NCBI GenBank assembly: GCA_036172245.1 | Contig: JAYWIR010000039.1 | Coordinates: 1,426,001-1,490,000 of the forward strand | Origin: Raillietiella orientalis | Taxonomy: Eukaryota | Length of the DNA stretch: 64,000 nt | Direction: 5' to 3' | In this document: positions 62,150 through 64,000 of the stretch, one piece after another | Layout of the letters: each line of letters opens with the position of its first letter | Numbering within the stretch: position 1 is the stretch's first letter | Made by a program: the position numbers and the translations under genes | Notes under the pieces: model-generated | Database searches by the model: none | Told to the model about the DNA's origin: nothing | What the model saw: the letters and a program-made list of their open reading frames with translations, nothing else

Positions 62150-63950
62150 AATGCTCTTCGTATGAAGGAAACGAAGTTGTTGTTTTCCATAAAACTGGGC
62201 AAAGACTTCGTTTCGACGATTTTCGAAAAACCTTGCAATTTGAAAGAACCCAGTTGTTCACATGTGTGTTTTTTTCTTTTTTTCTTCTTCTTCTTTTTCT
62301 GGAGGTGGCAAATTTAATCTCTCACTTCCAGGAAAGGAAAAAAAAGAAGCCATTGACTGATACAGGGACGATAATGTATATCTTCTACTCTACCATATGC
62401 ATCAATTCAAAAAGCACTATTTGCCTTCTAAGAAGAAAGCATTAATAAATCAAATTAATTTTTCATCTGACATGGTTTCCAGGATACATGGATCCGCGAA
62501 AGTTGCGTATAAATATCGATTATATAGTAAAAAGTCATGCATATTAAAGGTCTTGGTAACTTCAAAAAGAGCCAGGGAATTCATCAATACCAAATGCCCT
62601 AATTTTAAAGGCAAAAAAAATGTAAAAGAAACAAAAAGGGAAAGAAACTACATACTGTTGGGGTACGTGTAATTTTTATTAGGTTGATTGGTCTTCATTT
62701 CAAGGAAACGACTGCAAATGTCGGGCTAAAGTATTGGAAAATGAACTGGCAAATTTCCATATTTGCTTTTTTTGACCATTCTACCAAGTTTGATGTCCAC
62801 CAACGTCAAGTTTGTTTTCTCTGCACAAAACGAAACAGAATTTATATACATACATTATATATAAGACAAGACTTGCGAAATGAAATATCAGCTCTGCAAT
62901 TTTTGAAAGAAACATGCTCACCTCTTGGTATTTCAAACTGCATGCACTGCAAAAGCAAAACCATCTTTACTTCGACGTGTTTGCGCGAATCGGACACTTG
63001 AACTGAAAACTGAAGTATTTTAACACTCAACACGTGATTGCATTCGAATTTCGTTTTTTAGCAGTAAAATTCTCCGACGTGCAGTTTCGTGAACCGACAA
63101 TTTATTCCCTTCGAAAACTGTCCATTTGAACCCAATTTGATAATTATCATGCTCCACTAAGTTTGCAAGAAAAAGAGAAAACCCACAATTGCCAACTTTA
63201 TATGAGAAATAACGTGGTATTTACTCGAAGTGTTCTAAAGCGTTTCGATTAATGACACGTTATTTTGTCTATCATTTCGTTATCAAGCAGTTGAATTCTA
63301 TCGCATGAATGACAAAACTGGATAAAAATTCAATTTGATTTGAAGTTTTGATCAATAAATGTTTGAAGGAAATTACTTATCTCTAAATGCTTATGACGAT
63401 AAAGTTTTTAAAAGCACGAGTTTTCGTCATAAACAGCCTTTTTGAAAAATATATATATAAAAAATTCGCATGTAATTATGAAGTCAAATTACAACCCAAC
63501 TAAACCTGCTTCCCTGTGAATAATTCAGCCCTAATTTGAATCAGGGGTCCATCCCCTATCTAAATAAACTAATTGAAGATGATGAAATCAGTAGCGCAGG
63601 GAAGCTCGCTGAGCACGTGACCAAAACTCTGCATTTTAGCGTGTTTTTCAGCACGCTAAAATGCTGACCCCAATTTCATAGAACAGCTCTTCGTACCTTC
63701 TTGCTTAGCATCTACTGCCAGTATAACTGTTTTAAAGTCTGCATAAATGCTCCAAGGTTTCATTTCGATGGATCGCGACGAATGAGACTTGCTGATAGAA
63801 CATCGATAGAATGCTCGAATTTAATAGAGCAGTGATTGGGAACTCGAAGCATAGGGAGGAGGTTCGTACTTTATATAATTTTCCCAAGTTCCCGTCAACT
63901 GCCAAGCCAAAAGAAAAAAACCTGTCCCAACGTTTCGGTCCGGAACGGAA
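62150..63950 (-). mobile_element. Degenerate hAT-Charlie-like transposase relic
   Basis: Minus-strand order: FFSFG..CFE..LLNSSI (63732-63971), FSVQVSDSRKHVEVKMVLLLQCMQF (62842-63033, FSLQLDESTDV..LLxxVRY-like), HDFLLYNR..FINAF (~62450-62540), NNWVLSNCKVFR (~62240, VRWLSRGKVL-like). Confidence 0.55.
63631..63664. repeat. Perfect inverted repeat, 13-bp stem, 8-nt loop
   Basis: GCATTTTAGCGTG-tttttcag-CACGCTAAAATGC. Confidence 0.95.
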
Positions 63951-64000
63951 CTGCAAAACAAGTTTGTGCACGTTGGGAGGGGGGGGGGGAGCAGCAAGCA

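Overview
Eukaryotic (animal) genomic DNA; the aldolase N-terminus suggests an arthropod-like host, which is inference. Three intact spliced genes can be fully modelled: a class I fructose-bisphosphate aldolase (minus, 5 coding exons, 372 aa), a SAT/SSAT-family GNAT acetyltransferase (minus, 4 exons, 174 aa) and an SLC26A11-like sulfate/anion transporter (plus, 12 exons, ~577 aa). Most introns are very short (38-164 nt). Nearly all remaining sequence looks like heavily decayed transposons: L1/Tx1-type LINE relics in the GC-rich first ~23 kb, an Hsmar1-like mariner with both TIRs, a second mariner, about eight hAT relics, pogo/Tigger and piggyBac relics, and an AT-rich foldback-like element. Most worth follow-up: an in-frame hexapeptide uORF abutting the SAT start codon, a set of sequence-unrelated perfect short hairpins, the foldback element, and sharp CpG depletion in gene bodies versus CpG-rich TE relics. 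TE calls rest on degenerate motifs recognised by eye, so their boundaries are approximate. No rRNA, tRNA or CRISPR array was seen.
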